Origin: Alphaproteobacteria bacterium
GTDB taxonomy: Bacteria > Pseudomonadota > Alphaproteobacteria > JBCCNR01
Assembly (NCBI GenBank): GCA_047627635.1
Contig: JBLHTX010000002.1
Span: 1 to 45,373 of the forward strand
DNA length: 45,373 nucleotides
Direction of reading: 5' to 3'
In this document: positions 9,280 through 17,230 of the stretch, piece after piece
How positions within the stretch are numbered: the first letter of the stretch is position 1
Layout of the letters: the number at the start of each line of letters is the position of its first letter
Made by a program: the position numbers and the translations under genes
Notes under the pieces: model-generated
The model's input: the letters and a program-made list of their open reading frames with translations, nothing else
What the model was told of the DNA's origin: nothing
Databases searched by the model: none

Positions 9280-10713
9280 TTATGTGCCATGCGGGGTTTT
9301 TTCCCATTTAAAAGGACATCTTATTAATTGCCATATCGAGCGATAAGCCGCATAGGCCGCCAGTAGCCAATAAAGAGGATAAAGCATTGCAAATAAAATA
9401 AGATAGTAATTTTTACCTGTCTTAATTGCCGTCATGCTTGCTTGTGTGATGGGTAGTAAAAAGCCTGTCAACATGAGGCCGTCCAAGAATAAGGTTAATA
9501 AAGGCGGCATTGTCGATACCGCATTACCAATATTTAACCAGCTGAAACCATAAAATATCCAACAGGCTGGATATAAAAGTGCCGAGAAAACTTGACCACC
9601 CACAATAGCATAAATACCGAGTAAGCGATATAAACCAAAAATATGATATGCGTGTATTGGATTGCGTAAATGGGTAATAAGGGTTTGTAAATATCCTTTC
9701 ATCCAGCGTGTTCGCTGTTTAATCCAAATTGGTATTTTGCTAACAGCCTCCTCGTGGGTGACAGAATCAAGGATAGCGGTTTGATAGCCTGCCGCATTTA
9801 ATCTGATTCCTAAATCACAATCTTCGGTAACATTATAGGCATCCCAGCCCCCAATTTTTAAAATATCACTGGTTCTCATATGGGTTGATGTGCCTGATAA
9901 GGGGATTGGAAGCTTAAGGGAAACAAGACCCTGTAAGAAGTGATTAAACCAAATTTCATATTCAAGGGTAAACATTCGGGTTAAAAAATAAGTTTTAGCG
10001 GTATTATGATAAGATAATTTTGCCTGTAATGCCCCCACGGTTTTGGGTAAAATTGCAAAATAAGAAGCCGCTTTTTTTAATTGTTCAGGATCGGGGCGAT
10101 CTTCAGCATCAAAAATAACAAAATATTTGCCTTTTATATAATTTAAAGCCACGTTCATGGCCTTGGGTTTTGTACGAGGTTGGGTAGGCGGAATAATGAG
10201 TTGTTTAATGTCATAGGGGTTACCCCGTCTAAGGTGCTTTTGGACAATTTTAAGGGTTCTTTTATCATCTGCCTCAAGGAGTAAAATAATATCGAGCTTG
10301 TGAATGGGGTAATTAATATGTTCTAGGTAATATTTCAGTTCAGGGAAAATTTTACCTTCTTTATATATTGGCACAATGACAGAATAAGTGGGGAGTTCAG
10401 CGTCGGATAAAATTGGATATGCAATGCTATTTTTTGATTTTTCAAAAAACGCATTAAAGATAATAATCCATTTTACCAAAACAGGGAGTGTGAAAATGAG
10501 AACAGACATGATTGCCAAAAGCCATGCCCGCATATAATGCAGATAAAATACCATGATGGATGCGGTTAAGCATAGTCCCGAGATAAGGGCGATAACGATG
10601 GCAGGGAAATATGCACAATGATAGGCACTTTGGGCGGTATCCTTAAAGCGGGATATTGCAAAGTCAATATCATTTTGCTTGGCATAATACACCGCCAAAG
10701 AACGTTTTTTCAC
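9280..10713 (-). CDS. Membrane-embedded processive family-2 glycosyltransferase (cellulose/PNAG-synthase-like)
   Basis: RTKPKAMNVAL, FDAEDRPDPEQL, TEDCDLGIRL and QRTRWMKG (Q-x-x-R-W) motifs, with TM helices on both sides of the catalytic domain. Confidence 0.75.
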   Translation of the reverse strand: MKKRSLAVYYAKQNDIDFAISRFKDTAQSAYHCAYFPAIVIALISGLCLTASIMVFYLHYMRAWLLAIMSVLIFTLPVLVKWIIIFNAFFEKSKNSIAYPILSDAELPTYSVIVPIYKEGKIFPELKYYLEHINYPIHKLDIILLLEADDKRTLKIVQKHLRRGNPYDIKQLIIPPTQPRTKPKAMNVALNYIKGKYFVIFDAEDRPDPEQLKKAASYFAILPKTVGALQAKLSYHNTAKTYFLTRMFTLEYEIWFNHFLQGLVSLKLPIPLSGTSTHMRTSDILKIGGWDAYNVTEDCDLGIRLNAAGYQTAILDSVTHEEAVSKIPIWIKQRTRWMKGYLQTLITHLRNPIHAYHIFGLYRLLGIYAIVGGQVFSALLYPACWIFYGFSWLNIGNAVSTMPPLLTLFLDGLMLTGFLLPITQASMTAIKTGKNYYLILFAMLYPLYWLLAAYAAYRSIWQLIRCPFKWEKTPHGT

Positions 10714-10780
10714 ACAACACTACTTAATAACTTACAAAAACGAATCAGTTATTATAGGTTTTCATGAAAAGTGTCAATAA

Positions 10781-10825
10781 AAAAACTGTTACAATAATAT
10801 TGAGGCATTAAGTATAACAGTTTTT
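10781..10825 (-). terminator. Candidate intrinsic terminator downstream of the EF-hand protein gene
   Basis: Perfect 11-bp stem AAAAACTGTTA/TAACAGTTTTT with a 23-nt loop, 26 nt past the stop. The stem is AT-rich and therefore weak. Confidence 0.4.
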
Positions 10826-10850
10826 ATGGCTCGTTTTTTAAGATTATGAA

Positions 10851-12044
10851 TTAAGCTTCATCGTTTGTAGGTGCGGCAATAGTACTCAGCCAAGACATTG
10901 CTGTACCACTTTCATCAGGTGCTGTACCACTTTCATTGGGTGCTGTTCCAAAAACGACATTGATAGCCTTCAAGAGGGCAGTCTCGTGTGCTTCTCTTGA
11001 GCTACTACCTGTAAGATCGAACAAACTTGTTTCGCCGCTTGCTCCTGCAATTGTCATAATACCTTGGAGAAGTTCTCCATCAGATAATTGATCATTATTT
11101 GAAATAGAGTTTTTGAAATTGGCTGTAATAAAGTCTAAAACAGCTTTGCCTTGCTCGCCATATTCTTGTATTAGCGCACTTAATTGTATATCCATTGAAT
11201 CAAGCTTTAAAGCAATTCCTTCATATAATTGTGTTAAGCCGTCATTATTAATATCTGGAGCACCATCTGGAGCACCATCTGGCGTGCTAGGGGGTAGTGC
11301 CGTTATTGTTTGTGATCCATCTGTAACAATATCACTCAGCCAAGACATTGCTGTACCACTTTCATCGGATGCTGTCCCGAATACAGTGTTAGTCGTTTTT
11401 TCTTGTGCTGTATAAAATGCTTCATCGCTGCTTTTTGATGTTAGATCAAAGACACTCGCTTCACCACTTGCCCCTGCAATGGTATACATGCCTTTTTTAA
11501 ATTCTGAGGCGGTCAATATGTCATCTTCACCATAAGCATTTTTAAAGTTATCGTAAATATTTTGTATCATTTCTTTGCCTTGCTCACCATATAAGGCAAT
11601 AGTTTCATCTATTAATGCTTCTAAATCATCGTCAATACCATCACCCGCATTTTTACCATTAAGGTCAAGATTAGCGAAGGCGGCGCCTTGAAGAGTAGGC
11701 CCTAGCTCCCGATCCATTAAAGTCCCTGCTTCTTCAAAGCCTAATTGTGCTGTTCTAATTTCGATTGATTGAACCTTGCCATCATTATTAATATCTAAAC
11801 TATCAACAATTTCACTTTTTTTAATTTCTTTATCATCATCTAAATCGAAGGTAGAGAGTTCTTGCTCAGATATTGTATCATCATCATTAAAGTCAAATAG
11901 ATTAAGTTCATCAAGCTCTAAAGAGTCATCTTGATTTAGATCAAAAATATCTTGATCATACTCTAAGTCACCTGTCTCAAGTGAATAGCCATCTGGTAAT
12001 GAAAGGGGGGGGGTTGCGTGTTGTGAATTAAATATACTAGCCAT
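10851..12044 (-). CDS. Acidic EF-hand-like Ca-binding repeat protein with an internally duplicated module (orphan)
   Basis: EF-hand-type loops DFNDDDTISEQE, DLDDDKEIKKSE, DINNDGKVQSIE, DINNDGLTQLYE. Two modules of about 120 aa each end in GTA..ESGTAMSWLS.I. No signal peptide is visible. Confidence 0.6.
   Translation of the reverse strand: MASIFNSQHATPPLSLPDGYSLETGDLEYDQDIFDLNQDDSLELDELNLFDFNDDDTISEQELSTFDLDDDKEIKKSEIVDSLDINNDGKVQSIEIRTAQLGFEEAGTLMDRELGPTLQGAAFANLDLNGKNAGDGIDDDLEALIDETIALYGEQGKEMIQNIYDNFKNAYGEDDILTASEFKKGMYTIAGASGEASVFDLTSKSSDEAFYTAQEKTTNTVFGTASDESGTAMSWLSDIVTDGSQTITALPPSTPDGAPDGAPDINNDGLTQLYEGIALKLDSMDIQLSALIQEYGEQGKAVLDFITANFKNSISNNDQLSDGELLQGIMTIAGASGETSLFDLTGSSSREAHETALLKAINVVFGTAPNESGTAPDESGTAMSWLSTIAAPTNDEA
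12005..12013 (-). repeat. Homopolymeric C9 tract (G9 on the + strand) inside codons 11-14 of the EF-hand protein gene
   Basis: Directly counted: gaaa-GGGGGGGGG-ttgcg. It encodes ACC CCC CCC CTT (T-P-P-L). It is the longest G/C run I saw in this AT-rich window. Confidence 0.9.
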
Positions 12045-12147
12045 AAAAATAAACCTTTTAAAAATATAAAAATAAAATACATTGGAGTTAATTAGTGTAA
12101 TTATATTATAAAATTAATTAAAAGTCAATATATTTATGTATATATTT

Positions 12148-12903
12148 TTAAATTAAGGATATTGCTGAAATAAAGCACCCATAATTACTTTGATTTTGAT
12201 GCGTATTATAGCGATAGCTAAAGAATAAATCGGGATTATCATAAGTGCAATAATCAAGGGCATGAAAGCTGATATTGGCGTCCTCGCATAAATTGCAAAT
12301 AAGCCCAAGCATATCGAGTTTATATTTTTCTGGTTGCAGGGCTGAACATAAATGGTGCAGTTTATTGGGCATTAATGTTGCGATTTCTTGATATACATCG
12401 TGACCAACTTCATAATTATTATGCGAAATTGTGGCTCCAAGGACAGCTTGAATGGATGAGCGATCCGCACCAATGGCCTCCATGGCCTGCACAGTATTTT
12501 CTAAAAGACCTGTTAATGCGCCTTTGCGTCCAAGATGTGCTGCACCAACAATCTGATTAACCGTATCGGCAAGCAGTAAAGGGCCACAATCAGCAGTTAA
12601 TATACCAAGCCCAATATTTTTTAGGCTTGTTACAAAGCCATCACCCTCGGGACGATTACTGATATCCCAAGGGTCAGTCACGGTTATAACCTTGTTGGAA
12701 TGTGTTTGCTTGAGTGTCAGCAAGGAATCAAGCTGTAATGTTTCTTTGACATAAGCATAGTTTTTTGCAATGTGAATTGGATTATCGTTCGAGCCAATCC
12801 GCATATTAAGGCTTGCATAATTTCCAGTTGAAAAGCCATTTTTACGGGTAAAGAACCCATGTTTTAAATTTGGCTGTTCATTTAAAATATCATGGGTAAT
12901 CAT
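12148..12903 (-). CDS. pgeF: Peptidoglycan editing factor PgeF (YfiH/DUF152 family)
   Basis: QTHSNKV, TADCGPLLL and AAHLGRKG motifs (conserved His/Cys/His positions); 251 aa. Confidence 0.85.
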   Translation of the reverse strand: MITHDILNEQPNLKHGFFTRKNGFSTGNYASLNMRIGSNDNPIHIAKNYAYVKETLQLDSLLTLKQTHSNKVITVTDPWDISNRPEGDGFVTSLKNIGLGILTADCGPLLLADTVNQIVGAAHLGRKGALTGLLENTVQAMEAIGADRSSIQAVLGATISHNNYEVGHDVYQEIATLMPNKLHHLCSALQPEKYKLDMLGLICNLCEDANISFHALDYCTYDNPDLFFSYRYNTHQNQSNYGCFISAISLI

Positions 12904-12915
12904 AAGAATTCTCGA

Positions 12916-13962
12916 TTATAAAGGGGGTTTATAGAAAGTTGTGAATGGATATAAAGGCGTATCATGCTGATTGATACATAAAAATTTAAATCGATTGCCC
13001 ATTTGCTGTGGGGAAATTAATTTTTGAACACCTTGTATCATTAATTCTTTGGCATTCATATTTGATATGCAACCAAGAAGCTTATGCAAGCGTGTTTCAA
13101 TATGGAGTGATTTTAAAAATTCTGCTTGGGTGCATAAATTAGAAACCTTTAAATTTTTCTGATAAAAATGATCCATAATCAAGGCAAAATTGACATCGGC
13201 AGTTAAGTCTTCGTGGCAAGGACTTTGAAGACCATCTGTGACTTTGTGGTTTTGAAAGCCACGAAAGCTTATTTTATCCAACATTGTATCATAGCCATAA
13301 TCGCACAATAAAAAAGCCCCTTGATGGTTTTTAATATGAGTGGCAATTTGTTCGCAAAAGGCAAGCGTCATTGGGGATGTTTCATAAAATCCCGATATTT
13401 GTGATGTTGTGTTTTTAATAGCAGAGGCATAGTCAAATTTTAATTTTTGCTTATCATCGAGCTTAACAATGACTTGTGATTGTTGTGCACCAAAAACTTT
13501 AAATACTTGAATAGGGAGTGCATCAAAAAATTCATTTGCCAAAAATAATGTGGGTTTATGCGGTAAATCGTTCAATGTATTAATATGCTTGGCATTGGGG
13601 ATGTTTACCAGTTGCTGATCTTTAAAATGTTGATTGCTTTCAAGAAAAAACACATTACTAGGGGGCGTTTTATTTAAAGATCTCAGGTAATCTTTGGCCA
13701 AAGTACCTTTGCCTGCCCCAAGTTCACAAATTTGATAGTTACCTGTGAATAAGGTTTGCTTGTGAAAATTGATAAATATGCCAATTAATTCCCCAAATAT
13801 TTGCGATATTTCGGGAGCAGTAATAAAGTCACCCTGCTTACCAATTGGGTGGCCTGTTCGATAATAGCCATGTGTTTCATGCTGCAAGCATAGCTGCATA
13901 TAATGTTCAAGCGTTATGAAGTCATGCGTTTGAAGGTATTGATGAATAATGCTATCGGTCAT
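12916..13962 (-). CDS. SAM-dependent methyltransferase, MidA/NDUFAF7 (DUF185) family
   Basis: GDFITAPEISQIFGELIG and ELGAGKGTLAKD motifs. It sits between lgt and pgeF, as is common in alphaproteobacteria. Confidence 0.8.
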   Translation of the reverse strand: MTDSIIHQYLQTHDFITLEHYMQLCLQHETHGYYRTGHPIGKQGDFITAPEISQIFGELIGIFINFHKQTLFTGNYQICELGAGKGTLAKDYLRSLNKTPPSNVFFLESNQHFKDQQLVNIPNAKHINTLNDLPHKPTLFLANEFFDALPIQVFKVFGAQQSQVIVKLDDKQKLKFDYASAIKNTTSQISGFYETSPMTLAFCEQIATHIKNHQGAFLLCDYGYDTMLDKISFRGFQNHKVTDGLQSPCHEDLTADVNFALIMDHFYQKNLKVSNLCTQAEFLKSLHIETRLHKLLGCISNMNAKELMIQGVQKLISPQQMGNRFKFLCINQHDTPLYPFTTFYKPPL

Positions 13963-13968
13963 ATAATG

Positions 13969-14802
13969 TTATGCGTTGCTGTTAGTATGTATGGGCTTTG
14001 CGCTCAACATAAGCCATAATCCAATCAATAGCATGGGGATTGACAAAATCATGCCCTGTGTAATGCCTGCACCGCCTGCTGTTATGACAAACCCAAGGAA
14101 AGCATCGGGCTCACGGTAGAATTCTGAAAAAATACGCGCAATCGCATAGCCCGTTAGAAAAACACCTGTCGCTAATCCTTTTTTACCAAGGGTATGTGTG
14201 TAATATAAAATAAAGTGCAAAATTACGAACAAAATCAACCCCTCTGTTATTGCCTCATAAAGCTGACTGGGATGTCGGGGCAGGGTATAGCCATTATATG
14301 TTGGAAAGCGTACGGCCCATGCAACATCGGTCACACGGCCATAAAGTTCAGCATTAATAAAATTTGCAATGCGTCCAAAAAATAAACCAATTGGCACAGC
14401 AGCACATACATAATCACCAATTTCAAGCGGTTTCAAGTGACGACGAGATGCAAAAATAATAATCCCAATGATAACGCCCAATAACCCGCCATGAAATGAC
14501 ATACCGCCTTGCCATACTTTAAGAATGTCAATGGGGTTTAAAAAATAATGATCAGGCTTGTAAAACAGCACATACCCCAATCTTCCTCCCAAGATTACCC
14601 CAAGGGCGACATAAGAAAATAAATCCTCAAGAGATCTTTTGTCAAAAGAGGGCATATGCAAAGGTGGTCGCTTTTTCAGCAAAAGGGTAACATATTGCAA
14701 ACCCCCAAATAAGCCTGCAATATAAGCCAGTGCATACCAGCGGATGATAAGGGGACCAATTTGCAAAGCAATTGGATCGATATTAGGAAAATTAAAAGCC
14801 AT
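13969..14802 (-). CDS. lgt: Prolipoprotein diacylglyceryl transferase
   Basis: IRWYALAYIAG, GGRLGYVLFY, WQGGMSFHGGLLG and GRIANFINAELYGR motifs. Confidence 0.95.
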   Translation of the reverse strand: MAFNFPNIDPIALQIGPLIIRWYALAYIAGLFGGLQYVTLLLKKRPPLHMPSFDKRSLEDLFSYVALGVILGGRLGYVLFYKPDHYFLNPIDILKVWQGGMSFHGGLLGVIIGIIIFASRRHLKPLEIGDYVCAAVPIGLFFGRIANFINAELYGRVTDVAWAVRFPTYNGYTLPRHPSQLYEAITEGLILFVILHFILYYTHTLGKKGLATGVFLTGYAIARIFSEFYREPDAFLGFVITAGGAGITQGMILSIPMLLIGLWLMLSAKPIHTNSNA

Positions 14803-14841
14803 AAATGTGAATCATATTATATATTATTTTATAATATGATA

Positions 14842-16344
14842 TTAACCACCACCAAGCATAGATTTCAAATCATTATTGATTTTTTGTAAATAAATTTTTA
14901 TGAAGGCTTTTAAATCTCCTGCTTTGTTAATATCTGTTACCATTTTATCAATCATTTTTTTATCCATAATACGATGATCGTTTGGTGGATTACCGCCATA
15001 GCCGCCTTCTTCGATGATATAACGTGCAAGATCTTGCGAGACAACAACGCCAAACATTTCAAAGCTTGTGAGCAAGGATTTTGCGGTAATCCTGTTATTT
15101 TTTTCAAAGACAAAATTAAGTATATCTGGGAGGGTATCGGGAATCTTATCTTTATCCTGATTAGGCGAAGATTGTGGTGATTGTGGTGATTGGGAAGGTT
15201 GCGGTGTATCTTCTGATTGTGATGCCGTATTAAATTTGCCAGATATAAGCGGTTTTTGAGGTGTATTTTTTTGCACATTAATCGATTGCGTAGGGTTGCT
15301 GGTATTTCCCTCAAGTATATTGCGCATTGTATTATCGGCAATATCACGCAAAAGCCCTTCAATGCGTGTATCCATTGTCTCTAGTAATGCTTCCATATCG
15401 CCATTTGCTGCTTTATCAAGAATATCTTTTGCCATATTCGTATCTTTAAGGTCTAAGAAATCATTTAATGCTTCGGGTGATGTTAAAATAAGCTCAGCAT
15501 CTTCTTTATCAATTTCTAAAAATTCTTGTATGATCGAGGATGTCGATGCAAAATAGGGAGATTTTTCAAAATTATTTGCACTATGCTGAGTGTGCGTTTT
15601 CTGTTGCTCTTGTTCTTCTGTCTTCGATGGCTTAGAAACAATTTCACTTTCTTGCGGTGTTGCGATTGGCTGCTTATTGGGTGTGTTATTTGGTTGATGC
15701 TTTTTTTTGTCTATCTCAACTGATACATTTAATTCGGTTGGTGCTTTTTGATTTAATATTTCGTCAAGCTTTTTGGCATCAAAAGCTGATGTTTGATTAA
15801 GCGTGCTTATTTCTGGGGCTTCTGGGAGGGGTGCATGGTTCGTTTTTGTAAAGTCTTGTGGAATCATATCATTATGATTTTTGACAAGATACTGGTCGAC
15901 ATAACTTAAAAATGCCTCAAGTGTGCTATCATTATGAATGGGTTTATTAAAACCGTCATATAGTTTTTGTGCAAATCCATGCGTCACGGATAATATTTCA
16001 GAAATATCTTCAATAGAAATTAAAGTTTTAGGTTGAATTAATTTGGGATCACCCATCAATTCTTTAATATCTTGTTCGCTAGGTGGATCGGATATCATTT
16101 TTGAAATATTAAAAACAGTATCGGTAATTGTATCAATATCTTTTAAATTTAAATTATCAGAAAGCTTCTCAAGGGTCTCAATTATAAAATTTGCCTTGGG
16201 TAATGAGCATTCTAAAATTTCTGACAAAGACCCCGGATACATACCCGCGTAATTATCGTCATGGCATAAAATATATAGGCCACCGTTTTTTTTACGAATA
16301 ATTTTTTCTTTTGCAGGACGTACTGGCGGTTGAACCATAATCAT
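14842..16344 (-). CDS. Hypothetical 500-aa soluble protein (orphan) with a Q/P/S-rich linker
   Basis: Long uninterrupted ORF with ATG start. No TM segment, signal peptide or recognisable motif. Contains an SQSPQSPQSSP low-complexity stretch. Confidence 0.5.
   Translation of the reverse strand: MIMVQPPVRPAKEKIIRKKNGGLYILCHDDNYAGMYPGSLSEILECSLPKANFIIETLEKLSDNLNLKDIDTITDTVFNISKMISDPPSEQDIKELMGDPKLIQPKTLISIEDISEILSVTHGFAQKLYDGFNKPIHNDSTLEAFLSYVDQYLVKNHNDMIPQDFTKTNHAPLPEAPEISTLNQTSAFDAKKLDEILNQKAPTELNVSVEIDKKKHQPNNTPNKQPIATPQESEIVSKPSKTEEQEQQKTHTQHSANNFEKSPYFASTSSIIQEFLEIDKEDAELILTSPEALNDFLDLKDTNMAKDILDKAANGDMEALLETMDTRIEGLLRDIADNTMRNILEGNTSNPTQSINVQKNTPQKPLISGKFNTASQSEDTPQPSQSPQSPQSSPNQDKDKIPDTLPDILNFVFEKNNRITAKSLLTSFEMFGVVVSQDLARYIIEEGGYGGNPPNDHRIMDKKMIDKMVTDINKAGDLKAFIKIYLQKINNDLKSMLGGG
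15170..15195 (-). repeat. Tandem 9-nt repeat (GATTGTGGT x2 plus a partial copy) encoding (SPQ)n
   Basis: Read directly from the sequence; in frame within the 500-aa orphan. Confidence 0.8.
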
Positions 16345-16365
16345 AAAACTTACATAGTCAATTAA

Positions 16366-16390
16366 GTTGAATTTTTGTTAAAAATTCAAC
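16366..16390. repeat. Perfect 11-bp inverted repeat (GTTGAATTTTT-gtt-AAAAATTCAAC) between flgD and the 500-aa orphan
   Basis: Read directly. It lies 22 nt upstream of the orphan's ATG and 108 nt downstream of the flgD stop. Function is unknown: weak terminator or operator. Confidence 0.4.
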
Positions 16391-16497
16391 GCTGAACTCA
16401 CGCACTTCGTTTGTGAATAAAAGCCTTAAGCCCAAGACTTTTATCATAGTGGATAAAGTTTGCATAAACTTCAACTTAATCCACTATATAATATTAT

Positions 16498-17205
16498 TTA
16501 TGATGCATATACTGATTGTATATCATCGATTGATAATTTTTGTTCGGTATCTGTTAAAAATTCAAATCCTGTATTTGTTTTTTGTACCTGTAAAATGTCA
16601 ACCTTGGTTTTTGCAGGGTTGCTGGTCACAATACCATCATCGTTGGTGGTTTTAATGGTAACATTATAAATCCCTGAGGCAATCTTTTGATTAGTATCAT
16701 CTTTTAAATCCCAATCTTGGTTGCGACCATTGGGGGCAAGCGGTAAAGGAATTGTATGCAAGTCTTTGCCGAAACGATCTGAAATGATAGCTTGCACCGA
16801 CTTTGCGGTACTGTCGGTTTGATAGTGAAATTGTGTTTCAGTATCCGTTTCATCAATATGAATTTTCCCGCCATCTGCAATTACTTTTTTCCCAAGGTAA
16901 TTACTTGCTTCAGAAAAATCACTGCCTGTAAGGTTAGAGACAAGCCCATCAAGCTTATCATTCATTTTTACTTGCTGCTCAACATTTGAAAATTGTGCAA
17001 GTTGCGACACAAAAGTTGTTGAATCTAGTGGCTCTAGGGGATCTTGATTCTTTAGCTGTGCTGTTAATAACAATAAGAAATCTTGATAATCCGCCGTTGT
17101 TTTGTCGGCATCCGCATTAGTTGCATCATTATTTGCAGCGGCAATTTGACTTTGTAAATTGGCCGAAGTGGCATTATTGGCTGTCAGTGAACTGGTAATA
17201 GACAT
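16498..17205 (-). CDS. flgD: Flagellar hook capping/assembly protein FlgD
   Basis: DFLLLLTAQLKNQDPLEPLD signature and a FlgD Ig-like C-terminal region. Confidence 0.9.
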   Translation of the reverse strand: MSITSSLTANNATSANLQSQIAAANNDATNADADKTTADYQDFLLLLTAQLKNQDPLEPLDSTTFVSQLAQFSNVEQQVKMNDKLDGLVSNLTGSDFSEASNYLGKKVIADGGKIHIDETDTETQFHYQTDSTAKSVQAIISDRFGKDLHTIPLPLAPNGRNQDWDLKDDTNQKIASGIYNVTIKTTNDDGIVTSNPAKTKVDILQVQKTNTGFEFLTDTEQKLSIDDIQSVYAS

Positions 17206-17230
17206 AATTTAATTTCCATGTTAATTTTTT

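Noticed and set aside
16448-16487. DnaA-box-like arms (TTATCCACT / TAATCCACT) in an inverted repeat after flgD, as a possible origin element
   Set aside because: There are only two imperfect boxes, and they form a hairpin directly after a stop codon. There is no AT-rich unwinding cluster and no typical oriC neighbours. It is more simply a terminator-like structure.
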